A DNA stretch of 64,000 nucleotides from Clostridium sp. (GTDB taxonomy: Bacteria; Bacillota; Clostridia; Lachnospirales; Lachnospiraceae): NCBI GenBank assembly GCA_023664605.1, contig JAMPFF010000010.1:13174-77173 (forward strand), read 5' to 3'. Positions 19,053 through 28,491 of this stretch are shown one piece after another. The stretch's first letter is position 1; every line of letters begins with the position of its first letter. The notes beneath the pieces were generated by a model. The model ran no database searches and was not told where the DNA came from. It was given only the letters and a program-made list of their open reading frames with translations. The position numbers and the translations under genes are program-made.

Positions 19053-19991
19053 CTAAATCAGCTTATCTTCGCCGACCATACCGGCAATCTTGTTGGCAAT
19101 CAACAGTAACGCCAGGCCGACTACAGACTGGAATACACCGATTGCAGTACCAAGACCGTAATCGCCCGTTCCGATACCTCTCTCATAAGAGAACCAGGAA
19201 AGAACCATCGTGTGATCCTGTACCAGCGGATTGCTAAGAAGCATCTGCCGCTCCATACCGACATTTAACGCGCCGCCGATATTCATAATCAGGAGTACGA
19301 TAATCGTCGAACGGATACCCGGCAGCGTAATATGCCAAATTCTCTGCCATCTGTTGGCGCCGTCCATCTTCGCCGCCTCATAAAGCCCCGGGTCGATACC
19401 CGCCATCGAAGACAGATAGATAATGGCATTCCAGCCCATTTCTTTCCAACAGTTAATAATAACGATAACAAACCATATCAGGATAGAGTTGGTACTCATC
19501 AAATGCAAATTGGAGTTTGTCAGCGTATCAATCACACCGCCGTCATTGAAAATATTTTTCGCGATACTTGCAATGATAACCCATGATACGAAGTGAGGCA
19601 GATAGGAAATTGTCTGTGTCAGCTTCTTAAACCTGATGAACATCATTTCATTTAAAAGCACGGCAAACGCAATAGCAACGAGTGTTCCGAGACCGATATC
19701 AATAATACTGATGCCGATGGTATTAATCATGGTCTGCTTAAAGAGCCTGTCGTTAAAGGCTTTGGTAAAATTCTGGAATCCGGCAAACGCCCTCTCCCAA
19801 ATCGGAATGGCAAACGTTGCCGGTTTTACCTCCTGAAAGGCCATCGTCCAGCCCCACAACGGTATGTATTTAAAGATAATAAGCCAGATGACAAACGGAA
19901 GCGACATCATTAACAGATACCGCTGCTTCCATAAAAGCTGCACGCTTATCTTCTGCTTACCCTTATTCGCATTTGCATTCTTTTTTGCCAT
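19053..19991 (-). CDS. Carbohydrate ABC permease (LplB-like)
   Basis: SYLPHFVSWV, LYEAAKMDGANRWQ; likely start MAKKN. Confidence 0.9.
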   Translation of the reverse strand: MAKKNANANKGKQKISVQLLWKQRYLLMMSLPFVIWLIIFKYIPLWGWTMAFQEVKPATFAIPIWERAFAGFQNFTKAFNDRLFKQTMINTIGISIIDIGLGTLVAIAFAVLLNEMMFIRFKKLTQTISYLPHFVSWVIIASIAKNIFNDGGVIDTLTNSNLHLMSTNSILIWFVIVIINCWKEMGWNAIIYLSSMAGIDPGLYEAAKMDGANRWQRIWHITLPGIRSTIIVLLIMNIGGALNVGMERQMLLSNPLVQDHTMVLSWFSYERGIGTGDYGLGTAIGVFQSVVGLALLLIANKIAGMVGEDKLI

Positions 19992-20234
19992 ATCCCCCAC
20001 CCTTTCTGTCAAAATGCCTAATTTTTTCAGGTTTTTCTCATTTTTTCTTAGCATCTTGCTTAATTATAGCAGAATAAATTTTTGTTGAGCATGGCAAAAG
20101 TTAAGCAAATATACTATCATTTTTTAACATCCGGATTGTCTTTTGTGCAATTCCATGATATATTAGTTATGTTATATTGATTTTTTAGTTGTAGTAAAGG
20201 GTTTCTAAGGGATTCTTTCTGAAAGCGGTACATA

Positions 20235-21197
20235 ATGACGAATAAAAAAAATAATCAACTGCTGTTAAATGCTGGCTCTGACGCGGAGGCTTCCGTATGT
20301 CTTACCCCCGCAGTCACTTGGAACGACGCATTGCAGTATATGCAAAATATTTATCAGCCGGACGGCACATTCAGGCATAATATTATTGTCCTGAAAGACC
20401 CGGACATCCTCTGTCCGGAACACACGCACAGCTTTTTTGAAATGGTATATGTCTTATCAGGGAACGAGATCCACCTGATTAATCAGAGTGCAAAATGTTT
20501 CTCTCCCGGAGACTTATACATACTGCCCCCGGCGGCAAAACACGCCCTGCCGGAAGACGCCGGAAGCTGCATCTGTATTCTGATTCATCCGGACGCCTTT
20601 GAAAATATTTTCTCAAGCATTCTTCACGGTGAAGACTGTCTGGGCAATTTTCTGATGAACAGCCTTTATCGAAATGATTCGGAAACCTATCTGACCTATC
20701 ACACCGGACATAGCAAGGAACTTCCCAATATTATGATAAAGATGCTCGACCTTATGACAAATGCCGACGATTATACGGACAGAGTGCTTACCGGTATGCT
20801 GGTGCTGCTTTTTACATCATTGAGCCGCACTCACCAAAACGCAGCCAGAACCACTCCGGAAAATGACCGTAACAGCAAGATTCTTACGCTTATTTACGAG
20901 CAGTACAATACGATTACTCTTGCGGCGTTAGCGGAAGAACTCCACTACACCGTGCCATATTGTTCCAAATATCTGAAAAATCAGCTCGGCTGCACTTTTT
21001 CCGAACTGATTGGAAAAATCCGCTTTCAAAAGGCGGAAAGTTTCCTGCTGCATTCAGATATGACCGTTTCGCAGATCAGTCAGACGGTTGGCTATGAAAA
21101 CCCCGAAAATTTCATGCGGGCATTCAAGCACAGATACCGGATGACGCCGTCGCAATACCGGATAGCGAGACGGCCGCCCTGCCCCCCCCGGACTTAA
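20235..21197 (+). CDS. AraC-family regulator (cupin + HTH), divergent from the ABC operon
   Basis: HTHSFFEMVYV cupin; C-terminal VGYENPENFMRAFKHRYRMTPSQYR. Confidence 0.9.
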   Translation: MTNKKNNQLLLNAGSDAEASVCLTPAVTWNDALQYMQNIYQPDGTFRHNIIVLKDPDILCPEHTHSFFEMVYVLSGNEIHLINQSAKCFSPGDLYILPPAAKHALPEDAGSCICILIHPDAFENIFSSILHGEDCLGNFLMNSLYRNDSETYLTYHTGHSKELPNIMIKMLDLMTNADDYTDRVLTGMLVLLFTSLSRTHQNAARTTPENDRNSKILTLIYEQYNTITLAALAEELHYTVPYCSKYLKNQLGCTFSELIGKIRFQKAESFLLHSDMTVSQISQTVGYENPENFMRAFKHRYRMTPSQYRIARRPPCPPRT

Positions 21198-21247
21198 AAT
21201 TGAAAAACTTATAGAAAAAGCAAGACTTTTTCAGAATGGAGGTTACC

Positions 21248-23584
21248 ATGAAATTTCATTATGGCTGCTGGCTGTTAAAAGAGGGCATAGGCTGTTTTTC
21301 GCCTACGCAGATTTATCATGCCACTATCAGGGAAAAAGAAGTGACGCTGTGTGCGCCGACGCATCCCATTAACCACCGCGGCGATACGCTGGGCGGCGCA
21401 AATCTGACTATCCGCATCACTTCGCCGATGCCGGACGTCATCCGCGTACAAACCGACCATTATATGGGAACGCTTCCGAAAAGTCCGGTCTTCGATTTAC
21501 ATCTGAAAAATCCACAGACACTGCAGGTAACGGAAACCGAAGATACGCTGACAGTAACAAGCGGCTCCCTTTCTCTGGAACTCGGTAAAAAAAGCTGGTA
21601 TATGCGCTATATCAGAGACGGAAAAACCATTACTCAGAGCGGCGCCAAAGACCTGGCCATGATGAAGGAAAACTGGACGGGCGACTGCTTTGACTTAGAC
21701 GGCGATGCGCAGGATACCTGGATGCGCCAGCAGCTTAGTATCGGCGTAGGCGAACTGTTATACGGCACGGGTGAACATTTTACGCCCTTTGTCAAAAACG
21801 GCCAGAGTATAGACATCTATAATGAAGACGGCGGCACAAGCACCGAGCAGTCTTATAAAAATATTCCCTTTTATCTTTCCAATAAGGGGTATGGCATTCT
21901 CGTCAACCATCCCGAAAAGGTTTCGTTCGAGTTTGCTACGGAAAATGTGACAAAAGCGGCTTTCAGCGTCAAAGGCGGCAGTCTGGACTATTTCTTCTTT
22001 AACGGCCCGACCATGAAAGAAGCGCTGACCCGCTATACCGATTTAACCGGAAAACCGTCCTTACCCGCTCCCTGGACGTTCGGGCTGTGGCTTTCCACTT
22101 CCTTTACGACCAATTATGACGAAGCGACCGTAATGAGTTTTATCAATGGTATGTTAGAGCGAGACATTCCGTTGCGTACATTCCATTTCGACTGTTTCTG
22201 GATGAAGGGATTCCATTGGAGCGATTTTGTATGGGATGAGGAAGTTTTCCCCGACCCTGCGGGAATGCTTCGCCGGATAAAGGATAAAGGCTTAAATATC
22301 TGTGTCTGGATTAACCCCTATATCGGACAGGAATCCATATTATTTACAGAGGGTATGGAAAAGGGCTATTTTATCAAACGGCCCAACGGCGACGTATGGC
22401 AGTGGGATATGTGGCAGCCGGGCATGGCGTTAGTAGACTTTACCAATCCCGCCGCCTGCAAATGGTATCAGGATAAGCTGGAAGTTCTTCTTGATATGGG
22501 CGTGGACTGCTTTAAGACGGACTTTGGCGAGAGGATTCCCGTCAACTGCGTCTACTTTGACGGTTCCGACCCGGATAAGATGCATAACTTCTATACCTAT
22601 TTATATAATAAAACCGTTTATGAACTATTAGTGAAAAAACGTAGCAAAAAAGACGCCGTATTGTTTGCGCGCTCCGCGACCGTCGGCGGCCAGAAGTTCC
22701 CCGTACACTGGGGCGGCGACTGCTGGTCAGATTATGAATCCATGGAAGAAAGCCTGCGCGGCGGCCTATCTTTGCTCATGTCAGGCTTTGGCTATTGGGC
22801 GCACGATATCGGCGGCTTTGAAAGCACCTCCACCGCGGACGTATACAAACGCTGGGTGGCATTCGGTCTGCTTTCCTCACACAGCCGTCTGCATGGAAGC
22901 CAATCCTACCGCGTACCCTGGCTATACGACGAGGAGGCGGTGGATGTTGTGAGAACTTTTACCAAGTTAAAAGCATCCTTAATGCCTTATTTATACAAGA
23001 CGGCGGTTGACACCTCCCGCTCGGGCATTCCGATGATGCGCAGCATGGTTTTGGAATTTACGCAGGATAGGAACTGCCATTATCTGGATAAACAATATAT
23101 GTTAGGCGACAATCTGTTAGTCGCTCCCATTTTCAATGAGGAAAGCAAAGGTATCTTCTATCTGCCAAAGGGATGCTGGACGGACTTTTTCACGGGAGAA
23201 ACCATGGAGGGCGGCGCCTGGGTGGAAAAAGAATACGACTATCTGCATCTTCCGCTTATGGTAAAAGAAAACAGCATCATTGCCTTGGGGCGCGACGACA
23301 AGCCCGACTACGATTATGCCGACAATGCCGAGGTCAGAATCTACGCTTTGCAGGAGGGTGTGGAGGTTTTTTCTGTCATCTATAATATGGACGGGGAAAG
23401 CGATTTTACCATTTGTGCGAAAAAGCAGGGAAATAAAATCCTGTTACAGACCGTTTCTACAAAGCCTTATACTATCCGCCTTATCAATGTAAGCGGCGTT
23501 TCGGCTGCAGGCGCATCGATTCAAAAAGACGGGAATGATACGATTGTGATGCCATCCGCTGAAAAGATGGAGGTTTGTTTGTAG
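21248..23584 (+). CDS. yicI: Alpha-xylosidase, GH31 (YicI-like)
   Basis: MKFHYGCWL, FHFDCFWM, CFKTDFGERIP (nucleophile), HWGGD (acid/base), SHSRLHGS. Confidence 0.93.
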   Translation: MKFHYGCWLLKEGIGCFSPTQIYHATIREKEVTLCAPTHPINHRGDTLGGANLTIRITSPMPDVIRVQTDHYMGTLPKSPVFDLHLKNPQTLQVTETEDTLTVTSGSLSLELGKKSWYMRYIRDGKTITQSGAKDLAMMKENWTGDCFDLDGDAQDTWMRQQLSIGVGELLYGTGEHFTPFVKNGQSIDIYNEDGGTSTEQSYKNIPFYLSNKGYGILVNHPEKVSFEFATENVTKAAFSVKGGSLDYFFFNGPTMKEALTRYTDLTGKPSLPAPWTFGLWLSTSFTTNYDEATVMSFINGMLERDIPLRTFHFDCFWMKGFHWSDFVWDEEVFPDPAGMLRRIKDKGLNICVWINPYIGQESILFTEGMEKGYFIKRPNGDVWQWDMWQPGMALVDFTNPAACKWYQDKLEVLLDMGVDCFKTDFGERIPVNCVYFDGSDPDKMHNFYTYLYNKTVYELLVKKRSKKDAVLFARSATVGGQKFPVHWGGDCWSDYESMEESLRGGLSLLMSGFGYWAHDIGGFESTSTADVYKRWVAFGLLSSHSRLHGSQSYRVPWLYDEEAVDVVRTFTKLKASLMPYLYKTAVDTSRSGIPMMRSMVLEFTQDRNCHYLDKQYMLGDNLLVAPIFNEESKGIFYLPKGCWTDFFTGETMEGGAWVEKEYDYLHLPLMVKENSIIALGRDDKPDYDYADNAEVRIYALQEGVEVFSVIYNMDGESDFTICAKKQGNKILLQTVSTKPYTIRLINVSGVSAAGASIQKDGNDTIVMPSAEKMEVCL

Positions 23585-23628
23585 AAGAAAGGCTGTTGGA
23601 AAAAAGCGAATAGAAAGAGATAGAACGG

Positions 23629-23658
23629 AAAAAGACCGGCGGGCGCGCCGGTCTTTTT
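23629..23658. terminator. Bidirectional intrinsic terminator between yicI and the XRE gene
   Basis: AAAAAGACCGGC-GGGCGC-GCCGGTCTTTTT perfect hairpin with A and T tracts. Confidence 0.9.
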
Positions 23659-23674
23659 TGGATTGCACACGATA

Positions 23675-24052
23675 TTACTCATCTTTTCCTTTCGCCAATT
23701 TCATGGCATACTTTATCAGTTGCTGCATGTTGTATCTCTTATCCCTGGGGCATTCTTTGATTACTTCAACAAAAGAGACTTCCTCTTTTCTATTTCCCGT
23801 CAAAAGATAATTGATATCAATATCCAATTTCCTATTTGCAAGCACGAGTTTCTCTAATGACAGTCCATGAATCCCCCGCTCAACTTTTCCATAATATGCC
23901 GGACTTATTTCTAAAATTTCAGCCATTTGCTCCTGCGTATAATCTAAGTTAATGCGGAAGATGCGAAGCCGCTTTCCCATTTCTACATACAGAGGATTAT
24001 GTTCTTTATATGCAGAAGCGGCATCTTTGCGTACATTTGTTCCGGATTTCAT
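23675..24052 (-). CDS. XRE-family HTH regulator
   Basis: GKRLRIFRINLDYTQEQMAEILEISPAYYGKVERG. Confidence 0.88.
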   Translation of the reverse strand: MKSGTNVRKDAASAYKEHNPLYVEMGKRLRIFRINLDYTQEQMAEILEISPAYYGKVERGIHGLSLEKLVLANRKLDIDINYLLTGNRKEEVSFVEVIKECPRDKRYNMQQLIKYAMKLAKGKDE

Positions 24053-24212
24053 AATTTCACCTCTAAATTAAGAATAAATATATACATATCATACCCGTAT
24101 ACTCGCGACTTATTAACACATATATACTTCTTATTTTAAGAACATATAGTACCTATTTGTGGAAATATAGAAAAAGACAAAAAAGACGGGCATTAAATTG
24201 AGTCTTCCAGCA

Positions 24213-24710
24213 TTAATTTATACAATATATGTGGGGGGCTATAGATATCTTATCCTCTATTTGCGTCAGTAAATCCTCTCGCATTCCGGCTAAATTGCAT
24301 TCTGTTTTTTGAAAAATATTGTTATATTCCTCCACAACAAATATTTCCCAATCTTTCATAGCATATAATTTTTTCATCATATACAAGCCGTTAAATAATG
24401 CGTTTATATTATATTTGCAATGTATTCTATAATACTCTCCCGTTTTATCTGCAAATAAAACCTCTTTCCTGACCTTATTAAAAGGGAAAAGCAGATCGTC
24501 ACTGTTATGGGGCTGATTCACAGAGGTAAGTAAAAACTGGATATTTCCGTTTGAGTTCTGCTCCTCCAGCATTCTCTGAATATCGTCATTAAAATTTATT
24601 TCTTTATTAAACCAAATATAAATATTTCCTCTTCTAATATACCTGTTTAATTCTTTTAATATCTCCTCATTCTGTGATGCATTAAAAGAACCAAACACAA
24701 AATAACTCAT
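24213..24710 (-). CDS. Hypothetical protein (AT-rich)
   Basis: 165-aa ORF with RBS (GGAGA) and its own promoter; no motif recognised. Confidence 0.7.
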   Translation of the reverse strand: MSYFVFGSFNASQNEEILKELNRYIRRGNIYIWFNKEINFNDDIQRMLEEQNSNGNIQFLLTSVNQPHNSDDLLFPFNKVRKEVLFADKTGEYYRIHCKYNINALFNGLYMMKKLYAMKDWEIFVVEEYNNIFQKTECNLAGMREDLLTQIEDKISIAPHIYCIN

Positions 24711-24767
24711 CCCGGCGCATTCTCCTCGTAAAACACTTTTTTACAACAAAATCCCTAATCCGGCTTT

Positions 24768-24796
24768 ATTATACGCAATTTGAGGATAAATGACAA
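24768..24796 (-). promoter_or_regulatory. Sigma-A-type promoter of the 165-aa gene
   Basis: TTGTCA-17-TATAAT. Confidence 0.7.
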
Positions 24797-24829
24797 GAGG
24801 TTTGCGCATAAATAGTTATTTTTATTGTT

Positions 24830-25585
24830 CTATTTATGAGAATAATCCGGCACTACAAGGTCTACCCCTATTGCCTCACAAATTGGTTGGAAATCTTTCT
24901 TATTACTGCTGCAAACTGCCATTTCATGTTTATCTTTCAATGCCTCTAAAGAAATAATCGTATCACCTAAAGTCATACAATTTCTCCCTCGATATTCTTT
25001 TTCATTCTCTTTTGCACGCTTAAGGATATCTATAATTTTTTTATCTACCCCATTTTGTTCCATGATTTTATCAATTTCACACTGACAATCTTTCCAAAAA
25101 GGACAAATATTACATATATTTTTTTCTTTCGTGCAACTGACCTGCGGCAAAGTAGGCACTTTTCCTTCATATGTAATCTCTCGATTGGCTCGAGCACATT
25201 TCGTTATATCTATTAACTTGTTTTCTATATCATCATAAAAAGCATCCTGTATTAAATCTACATATAATGAAAAGGCATCCTCAATTTCCTCAATATTATT
25301 ATCACATATCTCTAAAATATTAAAATAAAGTTTATACATTCTTGCCTGACTTCTTCCAAATATGCACTCATTTATTTTTTTCCCTGTTTCATTAACATTC
25401 TTATCAACCATAAATAATGCATATAAAGTTACAAAATCATTAACGAGAGTACTATAGTATTCCCCTAATACATAAGTCGAGCAAAAAAGAGTATTATCTT
25501 TTAATACTTTCTCAACTGCCTTTTTCCGTTCTTTAGCACCCATCATCCTGTCAATTTGAATCGTTGTATCTAATAGTAAATTCAT
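24830..25585 (-). CDS. PIN-domain-like nuclease with Cys-rich insertion
   Basis: MNLLLDTT (PIN Asp1), STYVLGEY (Glu), LGDTIIS (Asp), SSNKKDF (terminal motif); Cys cluster C-TKEKNI-C-NI-C-PFWKD-C-Q-C. Confidence 0.7.
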   Translation of the reverse strand: MNLLLDTTIQIDRMMGAKERKKAVEKVLKDNTLFCSTYVLGEYYSTLVNDFVTLYALFMVDKNVNETGKKINECIFGRSQARMYKLYFNILEICDNNIEEIEDAFSLYVDLIQDAFYDDIENKLIDITKCARANREITYEGKVPTLPQVSCTKEKNICNICPFWKDCQCEIDKIMEQNGVDKKIIDILKRAKENEKEYRGRNCMTLGDTIISLEALKDKHEMAVCSSNKKDFQPICEAIGVDLVVPDYSHK

Positions 25586-25587
25586 AA

Positions 25588-26280
25588 TCACTCCCAAGCC
25601 GGCATTATCATTAGATGTTCTTTGCGGAATTCTCTGCTTAATTGAAGCATATCTTCTTTTTGAACATTTTCAGAAATCAGCAATGAAAGTCCTCTTTCTA
25701 ATAATAATATCTGTTCTTTTGTAAAAATAACATCTGCAACATTCAAACGAATCACTGTTCTTAACAAAGTACAGATTTTTTTCCTTATTTCATTCTGTTG
25801 AATAAACTCTTTTTTCTTTACATTTTCTATCTTGACGACAATTACCGCCGCATATTGAATCTGCATTTTTATGTCCTGCGTTTCACTCCATTTTACTAAA
25901 ATTTCAATGGCACGTTCTACTATCTCCCTACATTCCTGAAAATCGCTTTTATTACTTAAATCAATCTTATTAAGAGTATCGCTTTTTGATTGTTCTGATT
26001 CATCTATGAAAAGAACATTATAATCCGGTTTTCTCCGTGGACGCTTATATTGCTCAAGTTCTGACAGCCTATCTTTTATCTTTATCATTTCATCATCCAT
26101 AGTCTGTACCTTTAAGAACATTAAATCGTTTATAAAAGTCCTATCATATTGTCTTTTAATAAAATCATCAGGCCTTATATTTCTTTCCCAAAGATTTTCC
26201 TGTAAAATTATGCGATTATCCAGCATTGTTTCTTCATCAACAGCCGGAATCTTTTGTATTTTTTCGGAAGCCATGTCCAC
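25588..26280 (-). CDS. Hypothetical, predicted all-helical protein
   Basis: 230-aa ORF; 1-nt gap to the upstream gene and 2-nt gap to the downstream ATG. Confidence 0.75.
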   Translation of the reverse strand: MDMASEKIQKIPAVDEETMLDNRIILQENLWERNIRPDDFIKRQYDRTFINDLMFLKVQTMDDEMIKIKDRLSELEQYKRPRRKPDYNVLFIDESEQSKSDTLNKIDLSNKSDFQECREIVERAIEILVKWSETQDIKMQIQYAAVIVVKIENVKKKEFIQQNEIRKKICTLLRTVIRLNVADVIFTKEQILLLERGLSLLISENVQKEDMLQLSREFRKEHLMIMPAWE

Positions 26281-26281
26281 T

Positions 26282-26920
26282 TCAACATTCCTCCATTTTC
26301 TTTTTCACAATTTCTAACTGATGTATTAACATATCTATATCTTCCTTGTCACAAACAAAGTAAACCTCAGTTTGTTTTTCATCATTCTCAAATAGAGTAA
26401 TGCTATCTCTCATTTCCGCTAATCTTTTTTTAGAAGAAATATTAATAAATGCACAATTCATTTTGTCTCCATCTGACAAGTTGGATGTATAAATATTATA
26501 ATTAAAACCGGATATCTTAGCACTGACAGACTCCTTTTTTAATTTATATCTTTTTCTCAACTTTTCTATATCAAATGAATCTTTCACAAACTCAAACTTA
26601 TTACGGAGACTCATAACAGCATCCCGTACGCTTTTTTCTGACGCATCCTCGCTCACTGCCCTAATAGTCTTTTCAATTTTCTCTTCGTTTATATCTTTTC
26701 CATTTAATGTCTCATATAATAAATACAAGATTTCTGAATTAACAATTTCTAATATGTCCTCTCCTAATTTGACTTTTTCAATTTCATCAATATATATATC
26801 AAACTCTCTAAGATATCCCACTAACCAATATGCTTTTTCATTTTCAATTAAATCTTTCAGTTTTCTGACTGCTTCCTCAAACTGTTCCCATGGACTGCTA
26901 TACCTAAAATTCTCAATCAT
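26282..26920 (-). CDS. Hypothetical protein with possible C-terminal COMM-like domain
   Basis: AAGGAG RBS; helical N-terminus; C-terminal strand-strand-strand-helix pattern ending YFVCDKEDIDMLIHQLEIVKKKM. The fold call is inference. Confidence 0.7.
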   Translation of the reverse strand: MIENFRYSSPWEQFEEAVRKLKDLIENEKAYWLVGYLREFDIYIDEIEKVKLGEDILEIVNSEILYLLYETLNGKDINEEKIEKTIRAVSEDASEKSVRDAVMSLRNKFEFVKDSFDIEKLRKRYKLKKESVSAKISGFNYNIYTSNLSDGDKMNCAFINISSKKRLAEMRDSITLFENDEKQTEVYFVCDKEDIDMLIHQLEIVKKKMEEC

Positions 26921-26951
26921 GCCTTTTCTCCTTTAAAGCTATACTGTTTTT

Positions 26952-26980
26952 ATAATATACTATTTACAATTTGTTTTCAA
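26952..26980 (-). promoter_or_regulatory. Sigma-A-type promoter of the three-gene PIN operon
   Basis: TTGAAA-17-TATTAT. Confidence 0.6.
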
Positions 26981-27025
26981 TCATATTTTTATTAATTTAT
27001 TCAATCCATTTTCCCCGTCACATTC

Positions 27026-28477
27026 CTACCGCTTCCTTGCCCTCCTAATAACCCAATCCACCGCCGCCTCGGCATGTGTGGGCAGGCTGCCATCAATCCG
27101 GCCGGCAGTTTCGTCTCCCGCTTCTTCGATGCCTGTATAAAAGGCGTTCATGGCATATTTTGCCAGCAGCCCCGAAACGCGGCCCCTCTCTATGGAATCT
27201 TCCGTTCCCAGAACAACAATGACCAAATCGTGTTCCATACTGCCGTCATCCACGGCCAGAGAGGTAACCAAACAGGCCCCGGCTCTGTTGGTCGTTCCGG
27301 TTTTTAAGCCGGTGACTTCAGACAGGTTATGCAAAAGCGGATTGGTATTGCGCACCTCAAGGTCAAGCGATTCCAAAACAGCCTTATCCAGCGAAGTGAT
27401 ATCCGTAATCTGTGGATAAACTTTTAAAAGATAAGATACCAGCCGGAACATATCCTCCGCGCTCATGCTGTTTTGACGCTTTGCGGGAATAACATCCTCT
27501 GCATAGGAAGGCAGTCCATTGCTGTTGAAAAAAACAGTCTGCGAAAGCCCCAGCTCCCTCGCTTTCTGATTCATCATTTGGACGAAAACTTCTTCCGAAC
27601 CGGCAATCGTTTCCGCCAGACACAGGGCGCATTCATTGCTGGACGGTAAAAGAGCGCCCACCAAAAGTTCCTGCACGGTAATCTGCTCTCCGGCTTTTAG
27701 GGGAATCACGCCGTCACTGGAAGCGGATAACGCCTGCACCGCCTCGGATATTGTGACCTGTTCTTCAAGGGTAATCTGTCCTGCCGCAATGGCATCCATA
27801 GTCAAAAGGCAGGTCATAAGCTTAGAGGTGCTGGCTATCGGATAGGGCGTATCGGATTGATACCTATAATAGCATTCCCCGGTAGTGGCATCCCCCACCA
27901 ACACGCTGTTGACCCCATCGAAATAGCCTGCCTGCTCTAACAAATCGGGAAAAACGCTGAACGGCTTTTGCGTATCAATCTGCCAAAATCCCTCCTCGGA
28001 AACGTCAATGCTCACATTTAAAATCATCGCCAAATCCGCCGCCATCATAAAACAATCGTAATCACCGGACGGCAGTTTCATAATCATTGTATAGTAAGAT
28101 ACCGTTTGTTCGTTTACTTTAAATTCATTCCGTCGCAAAGAAATATCCGGGTTTTCGTCATCTTCCCAGGCAATATTTTCCACACCCACAGGTTCATAGC
28201 TGCTTTCCGTATACAAAGATACGGTATTACCCGTAATTTTCAAAGAAAAGGATTTATCCGTGTCCTTAAGAAGCATGGCGATATCCCGCAGGGAAAGATA
28301 GGTATTGTAATCATAGGCATAATCCAGTGTTTTTACGGTACATACCTCTTCCGCATCCGCCTGCACCCGGCAGATGCCGGGAATTTCATAACTTGCGTCC
28401 GCCCTGATTGGCAGCATGGAACACAGCAGGGTAACGGACAATAGAATGGCGTTTATTTTCTGTAACATTGTTTTCAT
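27026..28477 (-). CDS. Secreted D-alanyl-D-alanine carboxypeptidase (peptidase S11) with N-terminal extension
   Basis: Signal peptide; IASTSKLMT (SxxK), PSSNE (SxN), LKTGTT (KTG). Confidence 0.88.
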   Translation of the reverse strand: MKTMLQKINAILLSVTLLCSMLPIRADASYEIPGICRVQADAEEVCTVKTLDYAYDYNTYLSLRDIAMLLKDTDKSFSLKITGNTVSLYTESSYEPVGVENIAWEDDENPDISLRRNEFKVNEQTVSYYTMIMKLPSGDYDCFMMAADLAMILNVSIDVSEEGFWQIDTQKPFSVFPDLLEQAGYFDGVNSVLVGDATTGECYYRYQSDTPYPIASTSKLMTCLLTMDAIAAGQITLEEQVTISEAVQALSASSDGVIPLKAGEQITVQELLVGALLPSSNECALCLAETIAGSEEVFVQMMNQKARELGLSQTVFFNSNGLPSYAEDVIPAKRQNSMSAEDMFRLVSYLLKVYPQITDITSLDKAVLESLDLEVRNTNPLLHNLSEVTGLKTGTTNRAGACLVTSLAVDDGSMEHDLVIVVLGTEDSIERGRVSGLLAKYAMNAFYTGIEEAGDETAGRIDGSLPTHAEAAVDWVIRRARKR

Positions 28478-28491
28478 ATCTTTCCCCCCGC

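Noticed and set aside
24060-24150. TTAAGAA/ATATA repeats upstream of the XRE gene as an operator
   Set aside because: Low-complexity AT sequence; no convincing dyad.
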